DNA of 63,280 nucleotides, filler included, from Octopus bimaculoides (Eukaryota): NCBI RefSeq assembly GCF_001194135.2. It is 5 parts of 4 records of this genome, joined end to end, with 100 filler letters (N's around TTAATTAATTAA, not from the genome) between each part and the next. Parts side by side here need not be neighbours in the genome. Positions count along the whole stretch, not along the records: positions 61,623 to 63,280 come from NC_069005.1; 4 more parts are not named here. One strand, 5' to 3'. Shown piece by piece: positions 61,685 to 63,280 of this stretch (position 1 is its first letter; each line of letters starts with the position of its first letter). The notes under the pieces were generated by a model. It saw only the letters and a program-made list of their open reading frames with translations, ran no database searches and was not told where the DNA came from. The position numbers and the translations under genes were made by a program.

Positions 61685-62885
61685 TGGGGATTAGTTAAGA
61701 ATATTTCTACAAGAATTTCTAGATTATCCGCTATTAATAAAATTTTCGAATCATATGCAACTTAGTATAATGCTGCTTTAGCTAGGGCTGGGTACCGTGA
61801 AAAAAATTCAACATATACAGGAAGCAGGCATGCACAACACTGGTAATTCCTCCAACTGTAATACACATTGTACGCCATCACAACGTCACGGTTTGAGAAC
61901 TCACTCAGATAGAGAATACTGGCCAGGATGAATTTGTCAAGACAATGAACTACCGACGAAAATTCATAGACACACGCGACATAATTATCCAACTGCTTGT
62001 AACACTGTAAATTGTTCCAATCCTGTATAACACACTCGATCAAATAAACCTAGCAAGAGATATAGGAATCAGGATATCCTCTGGTTCAACCCGATTTTCG
62101 GTTCGCATGTTTCAACCAAGATCGGTGGAAAAATTTTTGCTGCTTTAGTCAAATGTTTTCCTAAATCTAATCGGTATCATGCTATTTCTAATAGGCACAC
62201 TGTGAAGGTATCCTACGGTAACTCTGCTAATTTAGAGCAGATTATGCACTGCATAAACAATAGTAAAATGCGACAAAGGTCCAATAACCCATCTACTGCT
62301 TCTAGTTAACATACGCATCTAAATACCAACAAAGATGTAAACAGCAATGAAAAACACCAATTACGGCCAAATTGTAATAGCAGAAATGCTTATGATATAG
62401 CTAACATCGTCGGAAAATGGAGTCAGAACTGCCTTATATACAAATAAATATGATAAATGCTAATGCAGAGAAAAATCGAAATGCCCATTGATGAACCTCT
62501 GTATGAGTACTAATCTTGTACATAAATGTACCATGCACATAAGGAGAGGGTTGTATGTTTACATTGGGCAGACGGTTGATTCATTTAAGAATCGTTATCG
62601 TAACCATATCGCCAGCTTTAAGACAATCAATTAGAGACATTCAACATCATTGGCCGATTGTGTATGGCGACTGAAGGGGGATAAAATTAAATACAGCAGA
62701 ACTTGGTCCATAGCGAGGCACGCGAAACCACACAATATAATTTCCAGGAGATGCCATCTCTGCTCCGAGGAATCCTTGTCTATTCTGTGGACTAATGAGA
62801 AGATCATTAATAGAATTTCTGAAAGACTCTCAAGATGCCTACACGCATATAAATGTACTTTCGCACAATGCAGTGGGAATGAATT
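61685..62885 (+). mobile_element. Penelope-like element 3' part (RT C-terminus, linker, GIY-YIG endonuclease), with stops
   Basis: ISTRISRLS...YNAALARAGY; ILWFNPIFGSHVSTKIGG...NRHTVKVSYG; CREKSKCPL...C; VYIGQTVDSFKNRYRNHIASF; CHLCSEE. Confidence 0.9.
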
Positions 62886-63280
62886 TGAGTAACTGTTAAC
62901 ATAATTTACTTTAAGGTATGGGTGAATTAAGTTTACTTTTAACCTCCCCATTCTTATAAACATCAAGTAGATACTTACATGTGTGCGCATGCTTACAGTT
63001 TCGAAAATGCTTGTATGAGCGAGTGTACACGTGCCATGCAGCTTGCGCAAGGGCGTTTAAACATCCATTTTAGTTAACGGTTAATTTTTAATACTTTTCT
63101 TATTGTATTGCCTATTCGTTTCTTTTTTGCATCTGTGATTTGATTTTTGATCTTCAGTGGAAATGACGATACTTCTTTCGTTTTGCTGCTTTACTTTCTA
63201 CGAAATGAGATTGCGGGACGGTTATTTTAGCGAGATGTGTCTAATTATCACCCAAGCTTTAGCACATGGCCAGTAAGTTC

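Overview
Repeat-rich, gap-ridden eukaryotic draft scaffold. The SINE families, Penelope/R4/RTE retroelements and microsatellite load look like an Octopus-type cephalopod genome (inferred from recalled repeat families, not from a search). Almost all listed ORFs are microsatellite, gap or transposon artefacts. The main signal is a tail-to-tail pair of small spliced genes (751-5636 on +, 10992-13325 on -). Both encode signal peptide + short propeptide ending in Arg + an 8-Cys agatoxin/AgRP-like cystine-knot domain + a C-terminal extension, with matching intron phases (1 then 2) and matching 7-nt 5'UTR spacing. This suggests an unannotated cephalopod knottin (toxin-like) family, possibly membrane-tethered. 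Other observations: five Penelope-type minimal hammerhead ribozyme motifs (one with an intact core; two inside a ~510-bp foldback of a tRNA-headed element); a ~700-bp Gypsy deletion derivative with a tRNA-Trp PBS; R4/Dong, RTE, Penelope, mariner, hAT, piggyBac-like and Helentron-like remnants; and a CpG-decayed domain (~16.5-57.8 kb) with scattered candidate micro-exons of an unidentified large gene.
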